From: an uncultured Clostridia bacterium | Lineage (GTDB): Bacteria; Bacillota; Clostridia; Christensenellales; CAG-917 | Length of the DNA stretch: 64,000 nt | Direction: 5' to 3' | Assembly (NCBI GenBank): GCA_947625145.1 | Contig: CANQNC010000001.1 | Coordinates: 74,312-138,311, forward strand | Shown here: in pieces, positions 28,389 to 38,540 of the stretch | Position numbering within the stretch: the first letter of the stretch is position 1 | Layout of the letters: every line of letters starts with the position of its first letter | Translations under genes and position numbers: made by a program | Notes under the pieces: model-generated | Seen by the model: only the letters and a program-made list of their open reading frames with translations | Told to the model about the DNA's origin: nothing | Databases searched by the model: none

Positions 28389-28428
28389 AAATTGACATAA
28401 GTTATAGACGGCGCATTAAGGAGGACAG

Positions 28429-30588
28429 ATGAAAGCATCAACGAAGCGAACGATTTTGATCGTCGCCATAATTTTGTTGGTCGTGGCGGCGATAGTGCTT
28501 GCATATACGCTTACCCAACCGAAGGAAATAGACTATTCCGGCGTCGGTGTGGACCAAAACGGAGAACCCATTGCCACTTTGGAAAGCTGGCTCAAAAACG
28601 GAGAAGTGGAATATCTTTCGGTTTCCGGCACTTACAGCGTGGACATAGTCAAGAAGGGAGACAAAAAAGGATATTTTGCAAACATACCCTCTAGGGCGAA
28701 TTTCGAACAGGACAAGGCGAGATGGGCGCAGGATATGCGTGACCTCGCGGAAGCGCTGCGAGCGGAGGACCCCGACAACGAGAACATAGCGGTCTATGAA
28801 CAGAGGGCGGATCTGATCGCGGGCATGCGAGTGGCGTACAACGACCCCTCGAAGGGCTCGCTCATCAGCAGTTTGCTTGTGCCGCTTATCCTGTACGCGG
28901 TTTTGTTTGTGGTGTTCATCATCATCTTGCGCAAGTCCGCGGGCGTCAACAATCAGGCCATGAACTTCGGCAAGACCACCGCAAATCAGGTGCGCGACAT
29001 CAAGGTGCGTTTCAGCGACGTCGCGGGCGCGGAGGAGGAGAAAGAGGAGCTTCAAGAGATAGTGGACTTCCTCAAATATCCAAAAAAATATATGGATATC
29101 GGGGCGAGGATACCTCGCGGCGTGTTGCTCGTCGGCCCTCCCGGCACGGGTAAGACCTTGTTTGCAAAGGCGGTCGCGGGCGAGGCTAAGGTGCCATTCT
29201 TCTCCATCAGCGGCTCGGACTTTGTGGAAATGTTCGTGGGCGTGGGCGCGTCGAGGGTGAGAGACCTGTTCGACCAAGCCAAAAAGAACATGCCCTGCAT
29301 CATCTTCATAGACGAGATAGACGCCGTAGGTCGTCAAAGAGGTGCGGGCCTCGGCGGAGGCAACGACGAGCGCGAGCAGACCCTCAATCAGTTGCTCGTG
29401 CAGATGGACGGCTTCGAGGCGTCAAGTTCCATCATCGTCATGGCGGCGACAAACCGTTCGGACATTCTCGACCCCGCGCTGATGCGTCCCGGCAGGTTTG
29501 ACAGGCAAATCTATGTCAACATACCCGACGTCAAAGGCAGAGAGGAGATATTCAAGGTCCACTCCCGCAACAAACCCCTTGCGGCGGAAGTCAATTTCAA
29601 GAGCCTCGCAAGGCTGACCGCGGGTTTCACAGGCGCGGATATCGAGAATATCTTGAACGAAGCGGCGATCCTCGCGGCGCGCGAGGGGCGGAAGCTGATT
29701 TCCATGAAGGACATCAGCGAGGCCATCAACAAGGTCATGGCGGGTCCCGCGAAAAAGAGCCGTCTTGTCACGGAGTCGGACAAGCGCATCACCGCGTATC
29801 ACGAAAGCGGCCACGCGATCGTGGCAAAGCTGATGAAGCACTGCGACAGCGTGCACGAGATCAGCATCATTCCGCGCGGCATGGCGGCGGGCTACACCAT
29901 CACTCTCCCCGAAAACGACGACAACCACATGACAAAGGGGAAGTTGCTTGACAACATCGCAATGTTGCTTGCGGGGCGCGCGGCGGAAGAACTTGTCATC
30001 AAGGACATTTCCACGGGCGCGTCCAACGACTTGCAACGCGCAAGCAAGTTGGCGCGTAAGATGGTCACCGAGTGGGGTATGTCCGAGGAGATCGGCAACA
30101 TGTATCTCGGCGCAAGCGAGGAAGTTTTCCTCGGCAGGGACTATCAGACACAGCTGAATTACAGCGACGAAGTGGCGGCAAAAATAGACGCCGAGATCAA
30201 GAAGATCCTCGACGCGCAATATCAGGTCGCCCTCAACATTCTCAAGGAAAACAGGGGCATCATGGACGCCATGGTCCGCTTGCTGTTTGAAAAGGAGACC
30301 ATCTACGAGGACGAGATTGACGCGCTGTTCGGCGAGACAAGCGACAACGACGACGGATTGTTCTCGTCAAAGGTCATGAGGGCTCCCGCAAGCGAGACTC
30401 CCGCGGAAAAAGAGGAGGAAAAGCCCAAGCGCAAGCGCAAGGAAAAGGAAGAGGACAAAGACGCGTCCGAGACGGAAGCCCTTCCCGAGCCCGAAGCGGA
30501 GGCGCATGAAGCGAAGGAAGCCCCGTCCGAAGCTCCCGTCTCCGACGAAAAGGACGAAGGAAGCGCTGACGGCGGAGAAGAGGAATAG
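28429..30588 (+). CDS. ftsH: ATP-dependent zinc metalloprotease FtsH (with a long K/E-rich C-terminal tail)
   Basis: Two TM helices, Walker [13 protein letters not shown] segment, zinc site HESGHA. Confidence 0.95.
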   Translation: MKASTKRTILIVAIILLVVAAIVLAYTLTQPKEIDYSGVGVDQNGEPIATLESWLKNGEVEYLSVSGTYSVDIVKKGDKKGYFANIPSRANFEQDKARWAQDMRDLAEALRAEDPDNENIAVYEQRADLIAGMRVAYNDPSKGSLISSLLVPLILYAVLFVVFIIILRKSAGVNNQAMNFGKTTANQVRDIKVRFSDVAGAEEEKEELQEIVDFLKYPKKYMDIGARIPRGVLLVGPPGTGKTLFAKAVAGEAKVPFFSISGSDFVEMFVGVGASRVRDLFDQAKKNMPCIIFIDEIDAVGRQRGAGLGGGNDEREQTLNQLLVQMDGFEASSSIIVMAATNRSDILDPALMRPGRFDRQIYVNIPDVKGREEIFKVHSRNKPLAAEVNFKSLARLTAGFTGADIENILNEAAILAAREGRKLISMKDISEAINKVMAGPAKKSRLVTESDKRITAYHESGHAIVAKLMKHCDSVHEISIIPRGMAAGYTITLPENDDNHMTKGKLLDNIAMLLAGRAAEELVIKDISTGASNDLQRASKLARKMVTEWGMSEEIGNMYLGASEEVFLGRDYQTQLNYSDEVAAKIDAEIKKILDAQYQVALNILKENRGIMDAMVRLLFEKETIYEDEIDALFGETSDNDDGLFSSKVMRAPASETPAEKEEEKPKRKRKEKEEDKDASETEALPEPEAEAHEAKEAPSEAPVSDEKDEGSADGGEEE

Positions 30589-30597
30589 CAGGCAACA

Positions 30598-30627
30598 GGC
30601 AGGCAAAACGAACAAGTTTTGCCTGCC
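30598..30627 (+). terminator. Strong hairpin after ftsH (no U-tract)
   Basis: GGCAGGCAAAAC-GAACAA-GTTTTGCCTGCC, 12-bp perfect stem. It may act as an attenuator or RNA-stabilising element rather than a full terminator. Confidence 0.45.
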
Positions 30628-30644
30628 GAGCATTAAATGACAGT

Positions 30645-31334
30645 ATGGGATCGTCAATATCAAAAGCGAAAAAACTCGACCTCGAAAAGATCTTGGAATG
30701 CGACCCCGCCGCGATATCGAAGAGGCAGGTGAAGCGTACATATTCGGGATACAAGGCGCTGTGCGCCTATCGCCGCGCCCACAACCTTTGGCTGAAAGGG
30801 CACAAACGGCTCGCGCTCGAGATAAGTTTTCGGGCAAAGATCAAGACGGGCATAGAGATCCATCCCGCCGCGACAATAGGCACTCGCGTGTTTATCGACC
30901 ACGGCGTGGGGCTTGTGATAGGCGAGACGGCGGAGATAGGCAACGACGTCGTGCTCTATCAGGGCGTGACCCTCGGCGGCACGGGGAAAGAGACGGGCAA
31001 GAGGCATCCGACCCTCGAGGACGGCGTTATGGTCTCGGCGGGCGCAAGCGTGCTCGGGCCCGTGCGCGTGGGCAGAAACAGCAAGATTGGCGCGGGCAGC
31101 GTGGTGCTGAAAGACGTTCCGCCCGATTCCACGGTGGTCGGCGTCCCGGGCAGAGTGGTCAAGCAGGACGGCAAGCGAGTGGAGGCGTTCGATCAAGGCT
31201 TCCTTCCCGACCCCATCATGGACGAGCTCAGGCGGCTGAACGCAAGGGTGTACGAGCTTGAAAAGGCCGCGGGCATACGCGCGTGCAGATATTCGCTTAC
31301 CGTGGACAACGACAACGGCGCGGAGGAGAACTGA
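30645..31334 (+). CDS. cysE: Serine O-acetyltransferase CysE
   Basis: Hexapeptide-repeat core IHPAATIGTRVFIDHGVGLVIGETAEIGNDVVLYQGVTLGG...KRHPTLEDGV. Confidence 0.9.
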   Translation: MGSSISKAKKLDLEKILECDPAAISKRQVKRTYSGYKALCAYRRAHNLWLKGHKRLALEISFRAKIKTGIEIHPAATIGTRVFIDHGVGLVIGETAEIGNDVVLYQGVTLGGTGKETGKRHPTLEDGVMVSAGASVLGPVRVGRNSKIGAGSVVLKDVPPDSTVVGVPGRVVKQDGKRVEAFDQGFLPDPIMDELRRLNARVYELEKAAGIRACRYSLTVDNDNGAEEN

Positions 31335-31359
31335 AACATCTCGGTGCGGACTTAGGATT

Positions 31360-32751
31360 ATGAAAATTTACAACACGCTTACAAGAAGGAAGGAGGACTT
31401 CGTTCCTCTCGACGGAAAAAACGTCAAAATGTACGCTTGCGGGATCACCGTGTCCGGCGAAGCGCACATAGGGCATGCGTATCAGGCGCTCATTTACGAC
31501 ATCATCCGCAAATATCTTGAAAAGTGCGGGTTTGAAGTGACTTACGCGCGCAACTACACGGACGTTGACGACAAGATCATTGCCAAATCCCGCGAGGTCG
31601 GAGTGCCCGCGTTGCAATACGCCGCCCAAATGATAGAAAAGATAGACGCGCTGATGCGGCGTTTCGAGGTGGGCGAGCCTACGATCTGGCTGAAAGCCAC
31701 CGAAACCATGGGGGAGATCATTGATTTCATCTCCAAGCTCATCGACAAGGGGCACGCGTACCCGACCGAGCGCGGGGACGTGTACTTCGCGGTGGACAGC
31801 TTCCCCGGCTACGGCAAGCTGAGCGGCAGACGGACGGAGGACGCGTACGAGAGCGTGCGCATAGAAAACGAGGAAAACAAGAAGAACCCTCTCGATTTCG
31901 CACTGTGGAAATCCGCAAAAGAGGGGGAGATCTTCTGGCATTCTCCATGGGGAGACGGCAGGCCGGGTTGGCATATCGAGTGCTCTGCCATGAACCTCAA
32001 AGCGTTCGGGGAGCAGATAGACATCCACGGCGGCGGCAGGGACCTCATCTTCCCGCATCACGAAAACGAGATCGCGCAGACGGAGGCGCTGACGGGCAAG
32101 CAATTTGCAAAGTATTGGATACACAACGGGCTCATAAAGGTCAACGGCCAAAAGATGAGCAAATCCCTCGGCAACAGCTTGCTTCTTGCCGACCTTCTTG
32201 ACGCGTATTCCTCCGACGCGATCAAATATGCGCTGTTGCAAACCAACTATCGCGGGGACATCAACATCACGGACGACCTCTTTTCGGAGGCGGACAGGCA
32301 TATGTACGGCTTTTACAAGACCCTCGCCGAGGCGGACGAGGCATTCCCCTTGTCCGAGGGTGGAAACGCGCAGATTGACGCCGAGTTCGACCGCGCCATG
32401 GATGACGACTTCAACACGGCAAAGGCGCTTTCGGATCTGTTCGGTCACTTCAAGCGCGTCCGCGCCAAGCTCGCGGCAAAGGACCCGACCGCCGCGGACG
32501 ACGTTGCGCAGATCCGCAAGACGTATGGGCTTTTGGGCTTGTTCGGCAAGGATCCCGCAAAGTATGTCGCGGAGTATGAGGCGAGGCACAGATCCGACGT
32601 TCCCGCCGAGGTCATGCAACTTGTGGAAAAGCGCGCGCAAGCAAAGCGCGAGCGCGACTTCGCCGCCGCGGACGCCATACGCGCGCAGATCGCAAGCCTA
32701 GGCTATCAGGTCAAGGACACAAAGGACGGCAGCGTGGTGGAAAAGCTGTAA
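31360..32751 (+). CDS. cysS: Cysteine--tRNA ligase CysS
   Basis: HIGHA and KMSKS motifs. Start taken at MKIYNTLTR (31360). Confidence 0.95.
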   Translation: MKIYNTLTRRKEDFVPLDGKNVKMYACGITVSGEAHIGHAYQALIYDIIRKYLEKCGFEVTYARNYTDVDDKIIAKSREVGVPALQYAAQMIEKIDALMRRFEVGEPTIWLKATETMGEIIDFISKLIDKGHAYPTERGDVYFAVDSFPGYGKLSGRRTEDAYESVRIENEENKKNPLDFALWKSAKEGEIFWHSPWGDGRPGWHIECSAMNLKAFGEQIDIHGGGRDLIFPHHENEIAQTEALTGKQFAKYWIHNGLIKVNGQKMSKSLGNSLLLADLLDAYSSDAIKYALLQTNYRGDINITDDLFSEADRHMYGFYKTLAEADEAFPLSEGGNAQIDAEFDRAMDDDFNTAKALSDLFGHFKRVRAKLAAKDPTAADDVAQIRKTYGLLGLFGKDPAKYVAEYEARHRSDVPAEVMQLVEKRAQAKRERDFAAADAIRAQIASLGYQVKDTKDGSVVEKL

Positions 32752-32779
32752 GTACGCGCTCAAAAGAAAACTTTCATTT

Positions 32780-32806
32780 GCCTCTCGGACATCCGAGGGG
32801 CTTTTC
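32780..32806 (+). terminator. Rho-independent terminator after cysS
   Basis: GCCTCTCGG-ACAT-CCGAGGGGC followed by TTTT. Confidence 0.65.
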
Positions 32807-32885
32807 AAAAGCCGAAGAAAAGGCGCGGCGCATAATTTTTTTGTCAGGGCGCATACTACGCTTAGCACAAAAAGGAGGTGCGATC

Positions 32886-33122
32886 ATGGACGATAAAAAT
32901 ATCGTGAGAAAACTTGCTCAGTTGACCAATATGAACGTTATGGTGCTGTTTGTTCTCATCGCGTTTCTTGCCCTGTCGATCGGTCTTGCGTTTTATTTCC
33001 TCGTACCCGGCAGCGTGGGTTACGGCGTAGGCATCACAATGTTCATTGTCGCGGCATTGCTTTTTGTCATCGGTGAAGTCAACTACTTCTCAAAGATGAA
33101 GAGAATCGAACTTCAAAACTGA
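32886..33122 (+). CDS. Small two-TM membrane protein (78 aa), unknown function
   Basis: GGAGGTG lies 6 nt upstream of the ATG at 32886. Two hydrophobic helices. A terminator follows. Confidence 0.55.
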   Translation: MDDKNIVRKLAQLTNMNVMVLFVLIAFLALSIGLAFYFLVPGSVGYGVGITMFIVAALLFVIGEVNYFSKMKRIELQN

Positions 33123-33135
33123 GTTCGCCGATATA

Positions 33136-33165
33136 AAAGAGCGACCGAGCGGTCGCTCTTTTATA
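33136..33165 (+). terminator. Rho-independent terminator
   Basis: AGAGCGACC-GAGC-GGTCGCTCT followed by TTT. Confidence 0.75.
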
Positions 33166-33198
33166 TTTGATTTGTTTGCGCCGCAAAGCCTATTAGCG

Positions 33199-33227
33199 TT
33201 GACAAATGCGCGCGCGCGTGGTATCAT
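33199..33227 (+). promoter_or_regulatory. Sigma-A-type promoter of purB-purA-guaA
   Basis: TTGACA, 17-bp spacer, TATCAT, about 115 nt upstream of purB. Confidence 0.6.
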
Positions 33228-33342
33228 TGTATACGCCGCAACCGTGTTGCGCGATGGATTTTGAAAGACATACGAGTGCTTCGAGGAGGCTGATGCGCGT
33301 TTGCTTTTGAGAGGCACTTTTCAATCTTTTTCGGAGGACTCT

Positions 33343-34770
33343 ATGGACGTCTACACCTCGCCGCTTTGCGAAAGATACGCAAGCGCAAAGATGAAGCACA
33401 TATTTTCGTCTGACTTCAAGTTCAGCACTTGGCGCAAACTTTGGATAGCGCTCGCCGAGGCGGAGCAAGAGCTCGGCATAGACATTTCCGACGAACAGTT
33501 GGACGAGATGAGACGGCATATCTACGACATAGATTACGATTTTGCCCGCGAAAAGGAAAAGGAGTTCCGCCACGACGTCATGGCGCACGTGCACACTTTC
33601 GGCAAGGCTTGCCCGCTTGCAAAGCCCATCATACATCTGGGCGCGACAAGCTGTTTTGTCGGAGACAACACGGACGTCATTCAGATGAAAGAGGCGCTTT
33701 TGCTCATCAGAGGGGAGCTTGTGGGGTGCATAAGCGCGGTCAGGGATTTTGCGTATGCAAATCGCGCGCTCGCCACTCTCGCCTACACGCATTTTCAGGC
33801 GGCGCAACCCACCACCGTGGGCAAACGCGCTTGCCTTTGGTTACAGGACCTAGTCTTTGATCTGGAGACGCTTGATTTCGAGCTGTCTCGGCTGAAACTT
33901 TTGGGCTGCAAAGGTACGACGGGCACCGCCGCAAGTTTTTTGGAGCTGTTTGAAGGCGATCACGACAAGGTGAAAAAGCTGGACGAGATGATAGGCAGGA
34001 AGATGGGCTTCGACGTCGTGCACGTCAGCGGGCAGACCTATTCGCGCAAAGTGGATTTCAACATACTCGCCGTGTTGTCGGGCGTCGCGCAGAGCGCCGC
34101 GAAGTTTTCAAACGACATCAGGCTGCTTTCCCATCTCAAAGAGGTGGAGGAGCCTTTTGAGTCGGGGCAGATCGGCTCGTCGGCAATGGCGTACAAGCGC
34201 AATCCCATGCGCAGCGAGCGCATAGCCTCGCTTGCAAGATACGTGATGACGGACGCGCTCAATCCCGCGATCACGGCGTCCGCGCAGTGGTTCGAGCGCA
34301 CGCTGGACGACTCCGCCAACCGCCGCATATCCATTCCCGAGGCTTTCCTCGCGACGGACGCCATACTCGCGCTTTACTCAAACGTCATACGCGGGCTGAA
34401 GCTGTATCCCAAGATCATCGAGCGCAACCTCATGCGGGAGCTTCCCTTTATGGCGACGGAAAACATACTCATGTATTGCGTGACGCACAAGGGCGGGGAC
34501 AGGCAGGAACTTCACGAGGCGATACGCGCTCATTCCGTCGCCGCCGCCGCGGTGGTCAAAGAGCAGGGCGGCGAAAACGACCTTCTCGAGCGCATCCTGA
34601 ACGACCCCGCGTTCAAGCTGACAAAGGAGGAGCTTCTCTCCCTCACGGACGCAAACGCGTTTACGGGCAGGGCGCAACAGCAGGTGGAGGAGTATATCGC
34701 GGAAGTCGTGGATCCGCTTCTCGAAAAAAATCGCGAGAGCGCGGTCGCGACAGAACAAATCAAAGTCTGA
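33343..34770 (+). CDS. purB: Adenylosuccinate lyase PurB
   Basis: Fumarate-lyase signature GSSAMAYKRNP and N-terminal YTSPLCERYAS. Confidence 0.95.
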   Translation: MDVYTSPLCERYASAKMKHIFSSDFKFSTWRKLWIALAEAEQELGIDISDEQLDEMRRHIYDIDYDFAREKEKEFRHDVMAHVHTFGKACPLAKPIIHLGATSCFVGDNTDVIQMKEALLLIRGELVGCISAVRDFAYANRALATLAYTHFQAAQPTTVGKRACLWLQDLVFDLETLDFELSRLKLLGCKGTTGTAASFLELFEGDHDKVKKLDEMIGRKMGFDVVHVSGQTYSRKVDFNILAVLSGVAQSAAKFSNDIRLLSHLKEVEEPFESGQIGSSAMAYKRNPMRSERIASLARYVMTDALNPAITASAQWFERTLDDSANRRISIPEAFLATDAILALYSNVIRGLKLYPKIIERNLMRELPFMATENILMYCVTHKGGDRQELHEAIRAHSVAAAAVVKEQGGENDLLERILNDPAFKLTKEELLSLTDANAFTGRAQQQVEEYIAEVVDPLLEKNRESAVATEQIKV

Positions 34771-34818
34771 GGACAAAATCAAAAATCTGAACGCAGCAAT
34801 GCTGTACGAGGTGGACAA

Positions 34819-36090
34819 ATGCTTACATCAATAGTCGGGATCAACTGGGGCGACGAGGGCAAAGGCAGGATGGTGGACCTGCTCGCTCGGTCTCAGGACA
34901 TCATAGTGCGCTATCAAGGCGGAAACAACGCGGGGCACACCGTCATCAACAACAAAGGCAAATTTGTGTTGAATCTTCTTCCGTCCGCGATCTTGCGCGA
35001 GGACAAAGTCAACGTCATGGGCAACGGCATGGTCGTGGACATCGAGCATCTGTGCAAGGAGATCGCGAGGCTTCGCGCCTCGGGGATAGACATCACGCCC
35101 GAACGCCTGCTCATCAGCGACAAAGCGGTCGTTTGTTGTCCTTTCAACGTCGCGCAGGATTGCTTGGAGGAGGACAGATTGGCGGACAAGAAGTTCGGCT
35201 CCACGCGAAGAGGCATCGCACCCATCTACGCGGACAAATACATGAAAAAGGCGATACGCATGGGCGACCTCCTTCATCCCGAATATCTGCGCTCCCGCCT
35301 CGAGGGGATTGTGGAGTGGAAAAACCTCACCATAGAGCGCGCGTACGGCGCAAAAGGCTATTCCGTGGACGAGATGATGGAGTGGTTCAAAACCTACGGC
35401 GATCCGCTCAAGGACTTCATCTGCGACGTTGGCGTTTACCTCGATCGCGCGCTTGACGAGGGCAAGAGGGTCATGCTCGAGGCGCAACTCGGCGCCTTGC
35501 GCGACATAGATTTCGGCATCTATCCCTTTACGACGTCCTCGTCCACAATCACCGCGTACGGACCCATAGGCGCGGGTATCCCCAACAGAAAGGTGGACCA
35601 TGCGATCGGCGTCATGAAGGCGTATTCCACGTGCGTCGGCGAGGGCCCGTTTACCGCGGAAATGTTCGGCGAAGAGGCGGAAAACCTGCGCAGAGCGGGC
35701 GGAGAATACGGCGCCGCGACGGGACGTCCGCGCAGAGTGGGCGGCTTTGACGTCGTTGCTTCCCGCTATGGTTGCAGAGTGCAGGCGGCGGACGAGATCG
35801 CGCTTACGAAGTTGGACATCCTCGACGGAATGGACAAGATCCCCGTGTGCGTCAGCTATGACGTGGACGGCGAGACGATCACCGACTTCCCGAGCGGCGA
35901 GGCGCTCAACAAGGCAAAGCCAAACGTCATATATCTCGAGGGCTGGAAATGCTCTACGGCTGATTGCCGCACCTACGACTCCCTTCCCGCGCAGGCTCGC
36001 AAATATGTGGAGTTTATAGAGCAAAAAGTCGGTTGCAACATCAAGTACATATCCGTGGGCGCGGACAGGGACGCCATCATCGTCAGGTGA
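34819..36090 (+). CDS. purA: Adenylosuccinate synthetase PurA
   Basis: GDEGKGR P-loop, GGNNAGHT, GTTGRGIAP-like STRRGIAP. Confidence 0.95.
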   Translation: MLTSIVGINWGDEGKGRMVDLLARSQDIIVRYQGGNNAGHTVINNKGKFVLNLLPSAILREDKVNVMGNGMVVDIEHLCKEIARLRASGIDITPERLLISDKAVVCCPFNVAQDCLEEDRLADKKFGSTRRGIAPIYADKYMKKAIRMGDLLHPEYLRSRLEGIVEWKNLTIERAYGAKGYSVDEMMEWFKTYGDPLKDFICDVGVYLDRALDEGKRVMLEAQLGALRDIDFGIYPFTTSSSTITAYGPIGAGIPNRKVDHAIGVMKAYSTCVGEGPFTAEMFGEEAENLRRAGGEYGAATGRPRRVGGFDVVASRYGCRVQAADEIALTKLDILDGMDKIPVCVSYDVDGETITDFPSGEALNKAKPNVIYLEGWKCSTADCRTYDSLPAQARKYVEFIEQKVGCNIKYISVGADRDAIIVR

Positions 36091-36137
36091 CGGACGCGCG
36101 GACCCGCGGCGGCTCAATCGAGGATAAAGAGGCGATT

Positions 36138-37673
36138 ATGAACACTCAACCAAATCAAACCGTAGTTGTGCTCGACTTCGGCGGGCAGTACAAGGAGCTC
36201 ATCGCAAGGCGGGTCAGGGAGTGCGGCGTGCATTCGCAGATCCTGTCAGGCAACACTCCTCTCGAAACGCTCAGAGAGATAGCTCCCATAGGCGTAATCT
36301 TGACGGGCGGACCGCACAGCGTCTATGACGAAACTTCTCCTCACACCGTCAAGGAGCTGTTCGAGCTTGGGATCCCCGTCCTCGGCATTTGCTACGGCAT
36401 GCAACTTATGGCGTACACTCTCGGCGGCGTGGTGAGATCCTGCGCGGTCAGCGAGTTCGGCGCCATTCCCTGTCGCTACGACGATCCCGATTGCAAGATC
36501 TTCAAGGGGCTTGACCCGAACGCCGTCACGCTTATGAGTCACAACGACTATGTTGACGTCCTTCCAAAAGGGTTCAGGCGCGTCGCCCACACCGCGGATT
36601 GCCCTACGGCAGCCATGTGCGACGAGGATAGACGCCTCTATGCCGTGCAATTTCATCCCGAGGTGGAGCGCACTCAGCAGGGCACGCAACTGCTTCGCAA
36701 CTTCCTTTACAACGTGTGCGGGGCAAAGGGCGATTACAACATAAACGACGTCATTCAAAGGCAGATCGGCCTCATACGCGAGCAGGTCGGCACGCACAAC
36801 GTCGTGCTTGGTCTCAGCGGAGGCGTGGACAGTTCGGTCTGCGCGGCGATTTTGGAACGCGCCATACCAAATCAACTCACCTGCATTTTCGTCGATCACG
36901 GCATGATGCGCAAAAACGAGGGGGACGAGATAGAGCGCGCGTTTGCGGGCAAATCTCTCAACTTCATTCGCGTTGACGCGAAAGAACGTTTCCTCTCCAA
37001 ACTCAAAGGCGTCACCGAGCCCGAAAAAAAGCGCAAGATCATAGGCGAGGAGTTCGTCCGCGTCTTTGAAGAGGAAAGCGGCAAGTTTGCGGGCTCTTTC
37101 CTGGCGCAGGGCACGATTTATCCCGACGTCGTGGAAAGCGGCTTGACCACGGGCGCGGTCATAAAATCCCACCACAACGTGGGCGGATTGCCAAAGGACA
37201 CCAAATTCATAGGGCTTGTCGAGCCTCTTCGCTATCTCTTCAAAGACGAGGTACGCGCGCTTGGCAGGCGTCTCGGACTTGACGAGGCGCTCGTGGCCCG
37301 TCAGCCCTTCCCCGGCCCCGGGCTTGCCGTCCGTTGCATCGGCGAGATCACTGTCGAGCGGTTGGACATCCTCCGCGACGCGGACTATATCTTCCGCGAG
37401 GAGCTCGCCAAGGCGGACTTGCACTACGACCAATTCTTCGCCGTGCTCACCGACATGCGCACGGTCGGCGTCATGGGCGACGGCAGGACCTACAACTATG
37501 TCCTCGCCCTTCGCGCCGTCATCACCTCCGACTTCATGACTTGCGAGTACGCGCATATTCCCTACTCCGTCCTCGACGTCGTATCTTCACGCATCGTCAA
37601 CGAGGTGAAGGGGGTTTCGAGGGTGGTGTATGATGTGACGGGGAAGCCGCCTGCCACCATCGAATGGGAGTAA
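36138..37673 (+). CDS. guaA: GMP synthase (glutamine-hydrolysing) GuaA
   Basis: GATase (GICYGMQ), PP-loop GLSGGVDSS, C-terminal PPATIEWE. Start at MNTQPNQTVVVLDFGGQY. Confidence 0.95.
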   Translation: MNTQPNQTVVVLDFGGQYKELIARRVRECGVHSQILSGNTPLETLREIAPIGVILTGGPHSVYDETSPHTVKELFELGIPVLGICYGMQLMAYTLGGVVRSCAVSEFGAIPCRYDDPDCKIFKGLDPNAVTLMSHNDYVDVLPKGFRRVAHTADCPTAAMCDEDRRLYAVQFHPEVERTQQGTQLLRNFLYNVCGAKGDYNINDVIQRQIGLIREQVGTHNVVLGLSGGVDSSVCAAILERAIPNQLTCIFVDHGMMRKNEGDEIERAFAGKSLNFIRVDAKERFLSKLKGVTEPEKKRKIIGEEFVRVFEEESGKFAGSFLAQGTIYPDVVESGLTTGAVIKSHHNVGGLPKDTKFIGLVEPLRYLFKDEVRALGRRLGLDEALVARQPFPGPGLAVRCIGEITVERLDILRDADYIFREELAKADLHYDQFFAVLTDMRTVGVMGDGRTYNYVLALRAVITSDFMTCEYAHIPYSVLDVVSSRIVNEVKGVSRVVYDVTGKPPATIEWE

Positions 37674-37796
37674 AACCGCGCTATTTGGCGCTATGCGTTG
37701 TCAACAGCCCTCTCCCTCGCCGTCGTGTACTTCATGTACACTAGGCGCCTCGGGAGAGGGTTGTTTCCTAGCCTAGCATCCAAATATCGCGGTTTT
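37672..37796. repeat. Long imperfect hairpin repeat, copy 2 (starts inside the guaA TAA stop)
   Basis: AAAACCGCGCTATTTGG...CAGCCCTCTCCCTCGCCGTCGTGTAC-TTCA-TGTACACTAGGCGCCTCGGGAGAGGGTTG...CCAAATATCGCGGTTTT, followed by a T-rich tract. Confidence 0.9.
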
Positions 37797-37940
37797 ACTT
37801 TATTTATTTTTTGTCTGTTAGGGCGAAATACTGCGTCAAAGCCCTATTTATAATATGAGAGCTTGTACGAGTGCTTACTCGGGGTCCCCATCAAAACGCG
37901 TAGCGTTTTCATTGGATGGATATAAATATCACCGTTTTAC
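37797..37940. repeat. Second repeat module (B) followed by a remnant duplicate of the hairpin 3' arm
   Basis: GGGCGAAATACTGCGTCAAAGCCC...CCCCATCAAAACGCGTAGCGTTTTCATTGG matches 50183-50328. It ends with AAATATCACCGTTTTAC, compared with AAATATCGCGGTTTTAC at 37782-37798. Confidence 0.75.
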
Positions 37941-38361
37941 CTTTCATTATCTTTTGATAGGGTCACCACGTATCCTCTCGCCGCACTGTTTGACGTTGTG
38001 TTTTGTCAACTGTTCTGTTTTACTGTTGCTTGATAAGTGCGCGTGGCGGTGTTTTTTGTGTTGAGCGTTTTTCCGAAAGTGATTTTTCCATTGATCGCAT
38101 GACGAGAGAGGAGGGATTTGTGACAAAAAGCGGGAGAAATGGGCTTCTAAAGCGGTGGAAAGAAAAGAGGCGATTAGAATGTCGATTTACGGTTTTTGGC
38201 GGGGTTTCGGAAGAAATTAAATGCACGAATTTGTTCACGTTTCAACATTTTGCAGGCGCAAAATCAACAAATTTGCACAAAAACTTTTTGAGGGAGCGCA
38301 AGATTTGTAATGAAATTTTTGAGTTTTTCAAAAAATTTTCAAAAAAACTTACAAAAAGTGC

Positions 38362-38390
38362 TTGACGAACATAAAATATAGTGATAATAT
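38362..38390 (+). promoter_or_regulatory. Orphan sigma-A-type promoter in a ~900-bp non-coding stretch
   Basis: TTGACG, 17-bp spacer, TAATAT, preceded by an A/T-rich UP-like region. No plausible ORF lies downstream on this strand. Confidence 0.45.
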
Positions 38391-38515
38391 GTGATTGTCA
38401 AAAAGGACAGCGGTTCTTGAGACGCAAAACAGCTCATAATTTTCCCCCTTATTATAGCGAGCGGCTTTGGGTGTATCACCCGAGGCCGCTTGCATTTTAT
38501 GCCGGTTTTCCGTGC

Positions 38516-38540
38516 AAAAAAGCGCCGCTTCTTGCGGCGC
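38516..38540 (-). terminator. Rho-independent terminator of the tandem-HTH regulator gene (minus strand)
   Basis: GCGCCGC-AAGAA-GCGGCGC followed by TTTTTT on the minus strand, 38 nt after the stop. Confidence 0.8.

Noticed and set aside
30370-30588. K/E/P-rich C-terminal tail of FtsH, and the ~80-aa charged N-terminal extension of the histidine kinase (8240-8480), as possible separate features.
   Set aside because: Low-complexity tails of this type are common lineage-specific decorations. There is no frame change or independent start, and nothing suggests a distinct function.
33228-33342. Possible purine or ZTP riboswitch in the ~115-nt purB leader, and a possible T-box upstream of cysE-cysS.
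   Set aside because: The purB leader lacks the conserved purine-riboswitch junction sequences and the ZTP pfl motif as I remember them. The ftsH-cysE gap is only 56 nt, too short for a T-box. An Rfam scan would settle this.
38003-38365. 120-aa ORF in the gene-free region after guaA, plus neighbouring ORFs at 37855-38064 and 38349-38633.
   Set aside because: They lie in AT-rich, homopolymer-laden sequence, have no RBS and show odd composition (Cys/Phe/Lys-rich). They overlap repeat module B or the promoter-like region.
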